Notes: generated by a model from the letters alone, not told the origin. A stretch of 63,705 nucleotides of DNA, filler included, from Collodictyon triciliatum (GCA_043381765.1; 9 parts of 9 records of this genome joined end to end with filler, not necessarily neighbours in it), one strand, 5' to 3'; positions 1-13,697 are shown, counted from the first letter of the whole stretch. Program-made: numbers and translations.

Positions 1-17
1 TAGTAGTAGTAGTAGTA

Positions 18-98
<81 letters not shown>
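1..98. repeat. (TAG)n-(TAA)n microsatellite; further (TAA)n tracts at 9412-9509, 15913-16008 and about 32001-32099
   Basis: Perfect trinucleotide arrays. Confidence 0.95.
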
Positions 99-102
<4 letters not shown>

Positions 103-140
103 CAAAAATGTTAGCAAACCTGTTTCAAATTATGTGATAG

Positions 141-769
141 AATATTATGGAGTATGAGTGTAATGTTTTAATAGAAGGAAGCCAAAGAAACGAGCCTGAT
201 GCCGACTATGTGGAGGATGCTGGGGTAGAATCCTCAAGGGAGGCGGAGTCCTCGAACAAGGTTTTTCTGAAACACAGGACGACAACTCATCTAGCGATTT
301 TCCAGACAATCTCTTTCTTATTTAATTCTATTTGTCATATGCGACATTTTCGCCTTTTTGCTAGGTCTTGTTTTGTGTTGCATACCAAGAGAAAAAGAAA
401 AAAGAAAAAAGAAGAAAAAGTGCACGCCACATAAATAGAAATCCTCTAGTTGTAGACCCATCATCATGCATGTGTGTATGGCCATCTCGTTTCAAGCTCC
501 CAGTGACTCTGATGCTATTTGCACTACACTTGCAGGACTTTTTCGCATGCGGAGAGTATCAGGAGCTGGACGGCGACATCGAGCTGGTTCGCCTGCGGGA
601 CGAAGTGGACATCCTGCGCCTGGAGCAGAGCCGAGAATCAGAGTCGCAGCTGAGCACCTCGCCCACCTCAGGCCACGCATCGCCCACCGGGGCAGCACGA
701 GGCTTTGGCCCGCGCAGCCCAACCGCAGACTCATCAGAGCCCTTTGGCTCCAGCGAGGGCGACGATTAG
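141..769 (+). CDS. 3' end of an unknown gene (two terminal exons, 141-260 and 536-769)
   Basis: AG|141-260|GT joins in phase 0 to CAG|536-769 (DFFACGEYQELDGDIELVRLRDEV...SSEGDD*). The last exon has GC-rich, coding-like composition. The 5' part is cut at the contig start. Confidence 0.5.
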
Positions 770-983
770 GCGTGTCCGGTCAGACCGAACCTCTGTTGCT
801 GGGATGACGCCTTTGCTGTTGCACACAAGCCGTATCCTGCCGCACTTTATCTTATCCAATTTTCTATCTTGTTTTGTGAAGAAAACGAAGTCTCCTTTTC
901 TGTTATTGTTATATCCGAGTCAGGAATGAAAATAAAAAGACATACAAATAACCCCCCTCGCGGAATAAAAAAAAAAAAAGAGA

Positions 984-1283
984 NNNNNNNNNNNNNNNNN
1001 NNNNNNNNNNNNNNNNNNNNNNNNNNNNNNNNNNNNNNNNNNNNNNNNNNNNNNNNNNNNNNNNNNNNNNNNNNNNNNNNNNNNNNNNNNNNNNNNNNNN
1101 NNNNNNNNNNNNNNNNNNNNNNNNNNNNNNNNNNNNNNNNNNNNNNNNNNNNNNNNNNNNNNNNNNNNNNNNNNNNNNNNNNNNNNNNNNNNNNNNNNNN
1201 NNNNNNNNNNNNNNNNNNNNNNNNNNNNNNNNNNNNNNNNNNNNNNNNNNNNNNNNNNNNNNNNNNNNNNNNNNNNNNNNNNN
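984..1283. other. scaffold gap (300 N); a second small gap lies at about 59538-59575
   Basis: N runs without the 12-mer linker. Confidence 0.95.
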
Positions 1284-1374
1284 TGTGTTGGACAGACTTG
1301 TCCCGTGAATCCACACAGATGGATGGTTGGATGCAGCTTGCAGCTTTATGGCGCGAGACATGGGGGCAGGATTG

Positions 1375-2896
1375 TTATGTGACTGTGAGTGCGAGCGTGT
1401 GGATGAAATCGGTCTCGTCTTGAGATTTCGCATAGACGACCTGTCGTCCGAGGGCAAGTCAGACTTTAGCGCGGGCATGAGAAACGGCATAGGATACTTG
1501 CACCCATGGAGTGTTGACACATATACATAATGATCAAGCCTGATATGAGCGGGGTACCATGGGGTCTTGCGAAGGACATCGGAGGATGTTTGGTGCCAAG
1601 ACTAGGGAGACGCTGCGGGTGTCCATCTTTGTATGCTTCTGGTTCGATTCCTACAGAAGGTCAAATAAGGATTATCCGGGGTCTGTGTGGATTTCGTAGA
1701 ATTCGTCGTTGCGTGGCACAGAAAATAATGGGCAGACTATGCTATCTCTAAGAGTATATACGTGTGCCAGGTCTTTGATGAACCGCAGAATGTATCTTAG
1801 TGTAGTTTGATGGCTCGAAGGGAGGCCGTCAAATGCCTAGGAAGTAAATGTTTGCGCAAATAAGGGTCCACAATTGTTTATCGCACCGAATTCATATCAG
1901 CCACTGTCTAAATTATCGCCAATAAGTGCGTTTAATTGATGGCAATATTATGTTTCCTGTTTCCTTATATTCCTCCCTCTCCCATACCAACGTCTGGTCG
2001 CGAAAAAATGGAGAGCAAAAACAAGTTCAAACGAAGGGAAAATTACGATTTGGCACTTTTCCCGGTTGTTTCGCGCACCAACGCACATATCGCTGTGTTA
2101 TTACATGTAATTAAAATGATTTTTTTAGGGATGATGTTATCGAATATATTTCTTATTACTAATTCTTGGGTGGCACTATTGGAACCACTAAATCACGCAA
2201 GAAATGCTTCATCAAATCTGCAAGCAAATACGGGTCCTATAAGGGAATAAAGGGATTGCCCCTGTGTCACTTAACATGAACGGAAAGATGTGTCTATAAG
2301 TGACTGTCTGTGTTTGATTAAAATTGAGAAAAAAATCTCTTGAGAAAAGAGAACAAATGAAAATGATACCTTGATGTCTTGGAGTTTAGTTTTATGTGCA
2401 ATAAGGTTTGACTTTGTTGTTTCTAGCTCATCTGCATCAGTGGCGATTCTATTGCAAAAATATAATTGTCATTTGTCTATACATACTCGATTAGGTTCAT
2501 ATCAATATATCGACTTTTTCTACTCTAGTATCAGATAAATTGGTTGAGTGAGTGAGTTGAAACATGTGGTTCATGTTTGCTTGAAGGGAGCTTAAAAATT
2601 ATAGGAACTGGCTGCAAACCTAAATATACCCTCTGTTTTCATACCTGCACAACGTTTATAGCAGTTTTTATAATGATAGTAATAATAAGTTAGAAGTGAA
2701 TAGGTCAACAAATGCAGGGTTGTATTTATCTTACCTCCGGAGCTTTTAATACACTCAATTATCTCGACCAAGAATCCAGGAACGCTATTTGACTCTCCAG
2801 ATACAGGTCCACTACTCTGGAGGGATACAAGCTCGTCGATTGTGCAATTGTACGGATTTGCCGTATATATAGCATCCTGAGTTGCAATAAATAGAT

Positions 2897-2972
<76 letters not shown>

Positions 2973-5900
2973 AAAGAAAAGAAAAGAAAAGAAAAGAAAA
3001 GAAAAGAAAAGAAAAGAAAAGAAAAGAAAAGAAAAGAAAAGAAAAGAAAAGAAAAGAAAACAGAAAGAGAAATTATAATGGAGTGCAAAGAAACCACAGG
3101 GTCTCATCAACAGATCCACGATAACTAGAGTACTCAAGAGCTTTCCAACCTGGCATGTGCGAATTTCATCCATGGTGACCTGTCTGGGGTCTCGATTATT
3201 CAAACGTCCGATTCTTGCTCTACAGTACCTAAGTGAGAAAGTACGCCATTACTTGACATGATTGAAAATATGAAAGGTCAAAGATATCCTATGGCACCAA
3301 AGTTTTTGGTGTTTAGATATCGCACATATGTTTACCTAGCAAACTGGACGGTTGCCTCGTCTTTCTGCTTTTCAAATATATCGAATATTGTGCTAAGATG
3401 CGACTCCAGGTCCATGGTCGGAGTAAAGCTGAAAAGGCACAACCCAAGAAGTCCCCACCCTTTCATTGCACTTTGTCTGAAGGTCAGGTCACAATTTTGA
3501 AGTATTGATTCATTAATATTTTTTTATTTTTTTTTGGTAAATATGATGATAGCTTGGTCAAACAAAATTTACATTTATCCAGACACTTCTGTGATATTAA
3601 GTGCCATGTCATAAATCATACTTGTTCGGGTTGTCTGTAATTTGTTTGCATAGCTGCAAAATAATTTCATCCCTTGCTTCTGCAACCTTACGTCCAAGCA
3701 TGATGATTTCTTGGCCATGACTAGTATGACGGCCAAATGATACTTAAATTATCTTCTTGTTTTTTTTTATCATTTTATCACACTACAAATATATACGAAT
3801 AGAAAAACAATTCCACGTATATAAAAGATAGTAATTTATTGCTCAATGAAAGAAACAAACTGGTCGGGGCGAGAGCTTTTGTGATCACCCATAAACATTA
3901 AGATATCTATGATGAGATATACATAATTCAAAATTTGTGGTTGGCAATATTAATTTTAATTTCAATTTCAATTTTTTTTTTTTTTGCAGGACAGTGACAA
4001 TATCAAGACAGGAAAGAAGAGTCATAATTGGAGGCAAGATGTTCTAAAGTCTATTTAGATTGTCCCATGCGACATGGAAGCATCGAAGATGAGAAAACAA
4101 AACATGCCTTTAGATATTTTGTGTGCGTATTTATCTATTCCTTTCGTATTTGGTATTAATGGGTGGTCTAGCACATCCTACATCATAATGTTCACATTAA
4201 CGCTAGATTTGCACCGCTTTTCTTCTTTTTCATTTTATTTTTTTTTAAAAAAAATTATTGCTATTTCAGTTGTATGGAAATGTTGAAACTGCCATCATGG
4301 CCATACTTTGCTCCATACGAGAAAATGTTTCATAGGGATTTTTCTTTTGAAAAGCCCTCTCTTGCAATTCTAGGCGAGAAGGGGGAAATCAGTCTTTTGC
4401 TTGTTGATTGTCTCTTGTTAAACTGAATAGAACATGTTATATCAATTAAAAAGAACTTTCTTTTCGTGTGTTCTCAATAATATTAAAAATGGAAAGATAA
4501 ATTGAACATATATGTTTACTGCAAAGTGCTTTTTGGCAAATTCTGTCTCCTGGAATTTTGAAATATCCTGAAATAAACTCGCAGTATTTGGTCTATACAA
4601 ACAAGGTTGAGATGAATATAAAATGTCGATGAGGCAGTCGATAAATGAAAATTATTGTTATCGTGGTGTTCGATCAGGAATGATTGATCATTCAACCAAC
4701 ATACTTTGTGCTTGGAGATGTTCCGAATAGGCTGGTGAAGTATGACATAGTTCGCTGTGGGACATTGTCGTTAGTATGGAGAAAAACAAGTGATTATTGT
4801 GTATAGAAGAAGAAAAAGCCCAATTGTGGTTATCTTGAAAAGCGAAAGGGTATAAACCAAGTAGGTTTCTCTGTTATGATCGACACAGCTGAATGAAGAC
4901 GCAGGATAGTATGTTGAGACAAGGCGCCTTGGAGAGGGTTTCATTCATCGTGGTGGGAAATACTGCATAAACTTACATGACGATGCTCTTTCGAGGAGCC
5001 GTGATCTGATGACGCATCCGCAACGGTATTGCCTCTCGTTCTTCCACTTTGTTTGGGTTTCGACAACGAAAAAGGCGACCCGGTAAAAATGTCTGAAAAG
5101 CGCCTATCAGTGGAGGCACTGCTTGGAAGTTGAGTGCAGGAAAGGCTCCCCGCGCTCAAATTCTGCGATGGGGTTTGTGGCGATTGATTCTGGGTTGACG
5201 AGTCTGAGTTTGGGTCTTGTTTTGAGGAATGCACCCTGACATCGACAGATTTGCTCGGTCTGTGTCCTAATCCTCTGGACTGGCCATTTTCGCCTCGAGG
5301 AGACATATTTGCATGAGACGAAGAGTCGATGGCCATATCAGTGGTGCTGGTGATACTAGAGCCATCAGCAAGAGTGTCTTCCTTTTTCACAGGAAGTTGA
5401 CCCCGAGCTGCCAAAGGCAGACCCCTGACTGGGACTATGGCTTCTCCTCGGTTCCAAGTGGTGCGGCTGGTTTTTTCATGAAAATAATACGTCTTGCCCC
5501 TAGCTGGGTCGAAAAACTCTACCCACCCCGCAGCCAGCGGAACCTGCCCTGCTTCGCTTTTTGGGTCGGACGGGAAAGCCACTGCGCTGTACGAACGGGA
5601 GTGGCCGTGTGCTGAGCTTGGAGATGGGCGTGGAATCGGGCTGGGCACGGCTCTTTGTGGAGGTGATGCAGCGGGCAGCGGCGGAGGTTGTCGCACAACT
5701 GGAGAGTCTAGGTCAGCCGGTCTTTCCCAGGTAACAGTGCCGTTCGTCTTGTGCTGGTAATAATAACGTTGCGAGCCTTCATCGTAGTAGGCGAGCCATG
5801 TAGACATGCGCGAAAGAATCGGCTGGGTTGTTGTCGTGGGTGAGTTCGTGGATACGCTTGTATTCGAATTTGTGTTTGCATTTGCATTTGTGCTTTCATT

Positions 5901-6438
5901 TGAGTTGCGCTCTTTGGTCTTGACTGGAGGAGGGCCCGTAGGTGGATCAGCAGCACTAAGTCGTGAGCCATGACTTAGTCCGCGAAGTTCTTCGCTGAGC
6001 TTCTCTTCTGCACTATCAATGGATGGTGCACTGAGGTCGTTCGAGCTATTTAGTTAGCTATTTAGTTATTTATTTATTTATTTATCATGTATGAATGTAT
6101 GTATGAATGTATGTATGTAAAGTTTAAAAGTATCTATGACGAAAATGTAATCGAATAAGCTTTCTCCTAATTATCCCTCGGTGAATTTAAGCTGTTTTTT
6201 TAATGGTCTTACTAATCCACTTCATATTTACTTTCTTATTAATTGTCTAGTATTTTTTCTTCTATTATGACGTTTCTCTCTATTTCTTAAAATGCGCGAG
6301 CCTGAAAAAAATCAGAACGGAAAGAAATTACTTGTCACTTTTATCGTTAGGCTTTTCCCACTGGGTAGCGCCGGTAACGCGATGGCAGTAGTATAGTCGG
6401 CCACTGTCAGGATCTGTGTATTCAACCCAGCTGTCCAT
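1375..6438 (-). CDS. ARHGAP39: WW-MyTH4-RhoGAP protein, ARHGAP39/Vilse-like, multi-exon, apparently complete
   Basis: Spliced translation gives three WW domains (MDSWVEYTDPDSGRLYYCHRVTGATQWEKP; WLAYYDEGSQRYYYQHKTNGTVTWERP; GWVEFFDPARGKTYYFHEKTSRTTW). MyTH4 motifs follow (KRGLFKRKIPMKHFLVWSK, ILMFMGD, RDEIILQLCKQITDNP, KGWGLLGLCLFSFTP). RhoGAP motifs follow (GMKTEGIFR, DPYLLADLMKHFLRDL, HTKMDTRSVSLVLAPNILRCP). ATG at 6438, TAA at 1375-1377. Confidence 0.88.
2897..3060. repeat. compound (GAAA)n-(GAAAA)n intronic microsatellite
   Basis: Perfect arrays inside an ARHGAP39-like intron. Confidence 0.95.
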
Positions 6439-6568
6439 TCACACAGCGCGTCAAGTCTATTTCTGCTCTGAGCGATAAAATTTGATAGAAATCGACGTCT
6501 GGCGTAGAGTTGTCAATGAAGGTCTGGGTTTGAGATCAAATTACAATGAGGGAATGAAGCCAAGAGTA

Positions 6569-6569
<1 letters not shown>

Positions 6570-6646
<77 letters not shown>
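6570..6646. repeat. poly(A) tract upstream of the ARHGAP39-like gene; poly(T) at about 62500-62595 and poly(G) at about 63608-63632
   Basis: Homopolymer runs. Confidence 0.9.
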
Positions 6647-6648
<2 letters not shown>

Positions 6649-7959
6649 AGAGTGGGAAACGAAAAACAAAAAGAAAACGAAAAAGAAAACGAAAATAAAC
6701 AAGAAAATAAATATGAAAAAAAAGGAAGAGAAGTTGGAGCCATATTGTGGCTATGTTCGGCGCAGATCCCATTCCAGCGTGCTGACTCATCCAGCTCATA
6801 TGCAGCCGCAGTCGATCATTCTTTGTGCAGGCGATCGAACGTCGTGATCTGTCTCGCTGGGGCGCAAGCGATCACCAGGAAATAGACAAGCGCGTGAGGA
6901 AAGGCTGGCCCATTAACAAATGATGACGTGGCAGGCTCTTGGGCTTTATTTAGTATCATAGAGCAGAGTTGCATCGGAAAAATCGCCACAGAATTGCCAA
7001 TTCCAACATTTGTGGCGATTTTCGAACCCAAACCTCAACGGACAAAAAACGAATCAGCGCCAGGCGCAAAGTCGCCAAAACGCGATACTTAGACGACTAT
7101 ATGCGTTGCGGGTAGTCGATACCATTTAAAATTTGCCACGGCGTGATGCCAGATATGGAGTTCTCAGCTGGGTTTGGGGTTTGTTGGATTCTGTTGCTGT
7201 CAGGTAATATCCACCACCGCCAACAACAGATTCAACAGCCATAGTATTCACCCCGTAGATGTCATGTGTCTTGATATCAATCTTGATTTTAAGACGGGGC
7301 GCCACGAAACATTACGATTCAACATCGCCCAAATAAAATCCGCAACGATGATTAGATGTATACAATTCTCTTTTATCTATTTCAATATGTATCCCATCTA
7401 TTGACATGCAAGAGGGGCAAATGTGTTCTGCATCAGTTGTTCAACTACATTTTGACAGAATATTTCTATTGACGAAATGGAATGAGTGCCCCGCCTTTTT
7501 TTTTCTCGGTATATTTAAAGAATTCTTTTTCATCAAATCATCCATCAGTACTAGTAAATCCTTTACAAGATATACTTCTCTTTAAATTGTGCCGAAAGAG
7601 ACAGAAGTACCTGTCCTGTGCTTCTCTTTTGTGAAAACCATTTAATGTTTCTCTCAAAATACTCCAATACTTGGATTTAACTTTCTAATCTTTGCTCCAA
7701 TAATACGTAGAGTCAACAACGTTTCTTTGTGCATATAATCTTTATTATGAGCTTAAACTAAAGTTAAATGTCCCCTTACTATTTCATATAAATGCCATAC
7801 TTAATTATTTTTGTTTTTTGTTTTTTGTTTTTTGTTTTGTTTTGTTTTTTGTTTTGTTTTTTGTTTTTTGTTTTTTGTTTTGTTTTGTTTTTTGTTTTTT
7901 GTTTTTTGTTTTGTTTTTTGTTTTGTTTTTTGTTTTGTTTTTTGTTTTGTTTTTTGTTT

Positions 7960-8166
<207 letters not shown>

Positions 8167-8173
8167 AGCGCAC

Positions 8174-9411
8174 TTGGGCATCAAATCCAGAGTTCAGGGC
8201 GAGTGTCTTGGGCACGACCAAGAGACCCTCGGCAAATGCTTGAACACCGAGCTTGGCACGTCCAGACACGGTCTACAGTTTATTATGAGACGGGCAAAAC
8301 GAACGGAGGTTGGAACAACAAGTATAACATATAATTGCTCATGCAATAAAAAAGAGAAGAAAAAGGAGAATAAAAGCAATGTTCATAAGCTATTCCCCCC
8401 ATACCTTGCTGAACTCGATGAGCTTCTTGTGGCACGCAACTTCAAAGGATCCAGCACCAGGGATGACGTGTCCTTCTTCAATAGCATGCTTCACAGCACG
8501 GAGACCATCTCGGACTGCATCCTTAATCTGTGCGATGACATGAAGATTGGGACCTATGATGCATATAAAGCGGGATGTTTAGATGAAAAAAATCTAGTGG
8601 AGGTGATAATACAGCATGGAAAATAACCGAAAAGATATTTTGTGTAGAAAACCATACCTTTAATTAAAACTGTGCACGAGAATGGATTCTTTACACCTTC
8701 AATGAATGTAAACTTCTCCTCCCCTAAAGTATGTTCATAGACATTCTCTGCGAAACCGAGGTCGGCTTCTGTCAAATCATCAAAAGAGTTGACAGCATTT
8801 CCTAAAAGTTCAATTGGCAGTATTAGCTTTCTATGATCATTTTATCATACCTACGCATACATGATAAATGTGCTCAAATTCATAACTAGTATTATAAAAT
8901 GCGATTCTTGTATCCGACTTATTATTGTATGGGTAAATACTGAATGCAAGATGTTAACCTCCACAAGCCAAGGGGATGCGTTCCATGTTGCGTCTCTTGG
9001 CACGACGAAGTCCGATTATACCCTCTTTGGCAAGCATATCTAGAGAGGCAGGGTCTATACCTTTTTGGTTGATAAGGACAAAGGTCTTATTGGACTCCCC
9101 AATAACCTGATGAAATAGATATTATGCTATTTTCTGATTCGATGGGGTAAGATATCGACAACACATTCAATAGCATGGGACATATATACATCTTTATCCG
9201 AAACCTAAGACGCCTCTAAGTTATATATATATATTTAGGATGTAAGGGATATACCTTGCGTTTGAACTCGACCAGTTTGCGAACCTTTTCATCAACAACT
9301 CTGCGCTCAGAGATGGCCATTTTTTCCTTTTCTTCGGCCGATGAAAAGTAGAACGCAGAAGAAACCTCACTATGTTGTGTGCGGTCATTTATCAACACAA
9401 CCAAAGGGAGA

Positions 9412-9510
<99 letters not shown>

Positions 9511-11039
9511 GAATCATTCAAACACAATTAGTTTCAAAGCTTTTGCTTCTTGCTGAATTTTGCAGTCGATGGTAAATAGAGTACCTCTTTTCGTATTCGA
9601 GAGATACGTTTGCTGTGAGGACGAATGCGTTCTCTGCACGCTTCTTCATGTCGGGATGACGGGCTCCATGGTCCAGTACGAGACCTTTGACCAATTGTGT
9701 GTCAAGATCTGATTTGTGCTGCATAATCATAATTTCGACCTATTGTATTAATGCATCAAGGGTGTCACTCACTTACCAGATATTATAATATAGAACTTTT
9801 ATGAATCTAAATGTGTATATAGGAACTTAAATAATATATTATGGTCATTTTAAACAACAAGAGAGTGGGTGAATTTGGATATTCTAACCATGTGCAGATC
9901 AATTGGCTCGTTAGGGCGGCGAATAGTGAGAACAGCGTCCACAAGTATATCAGACAGATGATCAGCCATCTTTTCATTCAATTTGGTGCGGATCGCGCTT
10001 CGGGCAACCTGTATGAGTGTTTCACGGTCTGCAGTGTCGATCTATTCATATCGACGAGTCAGGAAGATAAACGATATCACAAACGAGTGAAAAGAAAAAA
10101 TCGATTCAACTTTACATGTGTTGATAGGAAAATGACCAGGAAAGCAGGAGAATAAAATTTGTTTGGATACTCTCCAAATAGAAAAAAAAAGAACAAAGAA
10201 AAGAAAAATAACAAGAAGAGAAAAAGATGAAAAGAAGAGAAAAGAAGAGAAAAATAATGGAGTGCATTAAACACGAAACAACAATTGAGCTTATATTTCC
10301 TTGTAAAAAGTGTTCTATATTATAATATCTACTAGCCTTTGAATCGAATAAAGGGGGGAAAATATCTACTAGCCTGCTTTTTGAAACTCTCAAGGAACTG
10401 CAAGGAGGTCTCCTTCGCCTTGTCAAAGCCGTCAACAAGAACTCGTGGGTGAAGTCCTTCGGAAAGAAGGCGCTCAGCTTGGCGCATGAACTCGCCAATA
10501 AGGAGAATGTTGCTTGTGGTCCCATCTCCAGCAATATCGTCCTGGGCGGTGGCTGCTCTAGCAATCAAATTGGCTGAAGGATGTTGGATTTGCTGTGACC
10601 GCCAAAAGCAAACCCGTTAGCTCAGGAATGAGGCAAAGCATCTTTTACTTCACCAAAAAAAAAAAACTCACACAGAAGAAAAAGACGGGAAGGAGCGAAG
10701 AAATAAAGTCAAGGAGATATAAGCCAACCATCTCGTGCAGGAGCACAGCACCGTCCTTGGTCAAGCGTATATCACCGGCCCCAGAAACAAGCCTGATATA
10801 TTATTTCAATGGGAAAAAGTGTTTGTTAAGGTCCTGTGGATGAAAACGAGATAATATGCAGAGGGAGGCAATAAAAAAGAAAACTTTTTGAAGTGTTCTT
10901 ACATCTTCAACGTTCCTTTAGGCCCAAGATTTGACCGAAGAACTTCCTGCAAGCCTGCAGCCGCAGTGACGTTGACGCCAAGTGCTTGGACACGGCGCAC
11001 AACCTCAGCATTGGAGTTGACAAACTTGACGGCAGACAT
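8174..11039 (-). CDS. CCT6: T-complex protein 1 subunit zeta (chaperonin CCT6), 3' truncated at contig end
   Basis: Motifs [75 protein letters not shown] and [25 protein letters not shown] across phase-consistent exons. Confidence 0.97.
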
Positions 11040-11640
11040 GAAGCAAACCCTTTCTTTCTTCGTTTGATATTTTTAATTCAGAAAAGAGAGAGAAGCCAAA
11101 AAAAAAAAGAAGAGGGGGAAAAAGAAAAAAAAGCGGGGCAAGTCTCTTTTTTCTTTTCTTTTCGGTATGCACTCTCCCAGTCTAAATTGGCAGTAAGCCG
11201 ACAGAAAGTGACTTGGCAGACACGAGCCGATCCAGGCTTGCAGTAAAACTCCAAGGACACTCGATCACATCAAAGGGCCTTCGTGAGTGGGTTTCGTCTG
11301 CAGACTTTTCCCTTGACTCTCTTCCGCCAGCGGCTCGCACCTTCCAGCGCACCCGTTGTTGTTGTTGTTGTTGTTGACTCATCGATCCCTGATCGCTTGT
11401 CCAGATGAATCAGCAAAATTGTGTCTGTGTTTCTTGTGGTTGATCTTTGGGCTGCTGGACAGAATACGCGACAGAAATGGCCGTTTTCCGTGAAAGACTC
11501 TGCTTTTGAGCGGCCGCGCAAGGGCTGGAAGAAGAGGAAGAAGAAAAGACAAAAACGCAGAGTTTCGATGCAAGGAGTCGGGTGCTTGGCGGGTGTGGAA
11601 GGATATTCCGGTGTGAGTTGCTTCCCCATGGGGAGATTGT

Positions 11641-13697
11641 TTATTTGTTGGCAGCCTCGAAGTACTTGACCGAGTCCTTGGGCGAGGGCTTGATGGTGCG
11701 CTCTCCGGGAGTCCAGTTGGCCGGGCAGACTTCTCCGTGTTTGTCAGTGAATTGGAAGGCCTGCGTAGAGTGCGTTCATTAATGGAGGTGGCCTCTAGCC
11801 AGGGATTAAGCTGGGAGTTTATCGCAGGCGATGACTCTTTTGTGATTCGCATCGGTTCGGTGCAAATGCTTCGAGAGGCTTCCAAACTGACGATGGACAA
11901 GGCAGGTTGGACAGGTCGTGTCAGATTCACAGGTGAGGAAGACATCAAACCTGGACAAGGCGGAGGACTTCATCCACACTGCGGCCGACTGGCAGGTCGT
12001 TGACGGTGATTTGGCGGACGATGCTCTTGGGGTCGATGATGAAGAGGCCGCTAGATGCGGTTGAAAGTGTCAAGGTTTACTTCAGTTTCCAAAGAGGCGC
12101 AAATGTCTGTGATAAGACGGGATGATGAGGTGCAGGTATCAAGAAGGAGATGTTTCTTTCCCTGGAGAGATGGTATTGTCTGGTTGTCATCATCATTTGT
12201 GTCAAGGGAAGAGGGGAAATCATACCGGAGGGAGATTCCGGCTTCCTCAAGGAGCACTCCGTAGCTGCGGGAAATCTTCTTGTTGAGGTCGGCGACAAGA
12301 GGGATGTCCATCTTGCCAAGGCCTCCCTGCTTGCGGGGAGTGTTGACGAAGGCCTGTGTGTGTGGTGATGAGTAGTAAGGGAATAGTCGCAGGCATATAG
12401 TATCGTCCGATTCATAGTCACTGGTAGGTATTGTACGTGTTGTAAATCATATCCACCTTTTGGTGTTGCTATAGTAGATATATTACGAATTAAATGCAAC
12501 TATGTTTCTTATTTTCGTCCTCTTTTTGTTGGTTTACCAAGTGGCTGTAGACAGAGTCTACGGAGACAGCGACCACTTCGCAGTTAATTTTGTGGAACTC
12601 CTTGACGCGATCAGAGAAGGCGATGATTTCGGTGGGGCACACGAAAGTGAAGTCCAGGGGGTAGAAGAAGAGCACGAGGTACTTTCCTTGGTAGTCAAGA
12701 AGGCTCACGTCCTTGATTTGTCCGTCAACGACAGCCTACGTGTATGAGGTTCCATGGTTAGATGGCGATGTGAGCTCTTTCCAAGAACTTCAGATACAGC
12801 ATTTTTCTTTGTCTCGGAATCATATACGAATGCAAGATAAAAGAAAAGGTAGGAGGTAGGAGCATTGTTCAGACCTTGGCTGTGAAGTAGGGAGCAACCT
12901 TTTGGATCATGGCAGCGGGGACAGGGTTAACCTCTATTATAATTATTGGATTCCGGGTCACAAAATGACAAACAGACATGATCTCAAATGGCCACGTTGT
13001 AATGGCAACTGACGCATTCTCAGCAAATAAAAATAGTTTACACATGTTTTTTTTATTTTCTTTTCAAATGGTGCAAAATGACAGAGGTTTTGGTTTCAGA
13101 GAAATACGTATGTATATATAAACAGGCCAGCGTTTTCAGCACTTATTGGAATACCTTCCTCGTAGTCTTCCTCGTTGAAATCGTCGTCCTCTTCCTCGCG
13201 GACAACGGAGGCATGCTTGAATCCCCTATTATGACGTTCAGGTAAGCAAAATGCGCCAACAAACCACCAAAATGTGAGGAACGGTTACAGTGGCCAGAAA
13301 GTAGTCCTCGCCGAATTCGTAACATGAAACGCAGAGAAAAATAAAGTGAAAATAAATAAGAGGAAAGAGAAAAAGTGAGAAAAAGAGAAATTAAAGAGAA
13401 AAAAGAAAGAGAAGAGAGGGAAATAGGGAAACTAGAAAAACAGGAAAAACAGGAAAAACAGGAAAAATGAAAAAGAGAAAAAAGAAAAAAAGAAACTCAC
13501 TTGAAAGCAGACGTTTGGAGAGCCTTCCACGAATTCGTGGCCAAAGGAGCGAGGGCAGGACGCACAAGCGAGAAGCTGGAGGGTGCAAAGGCTGGGCGGG
13601 TGCGGGCAACGACGGAGGTGAAGCTGCGAGCGGCGTTCTGGCGCAGGGCTACCGGGGCGCGTTGGGCAAGAGTGCGGGCAAGAAGGGAGACAGACAT
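11641..13697 (-). CDS. typical 2-Cys peroxiredoxin (Prx1/AhpC subfamily) with mitochondrial-type presequence; 7 exons
   Basis: [15 protein letters not shown] (peroxidatic Cys), [21 protein letters not shown] (resolving Cys) and a C-terminal YF motif. The N-terminus is R/A/S-rich with no acidic residues ([26 protein letters not shown]). TAA at 11641-11643. Confidence 0.96.

Noticed and set aside
7390..7690. Possible minus-strand terminal exons (KVKSKYWSILRETLNGFHKREAQD...)
   Set aside because: Phases could not be reconciled confidently and there is no recognisable domain.
12075..12200. Intronic C/D box snoRNA (ATGATGA...CTGA on the minus strand)
   Set aside because: No terminal stem and no recognisable rRNA guide. 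A snoscan or Infernal search would be needed.
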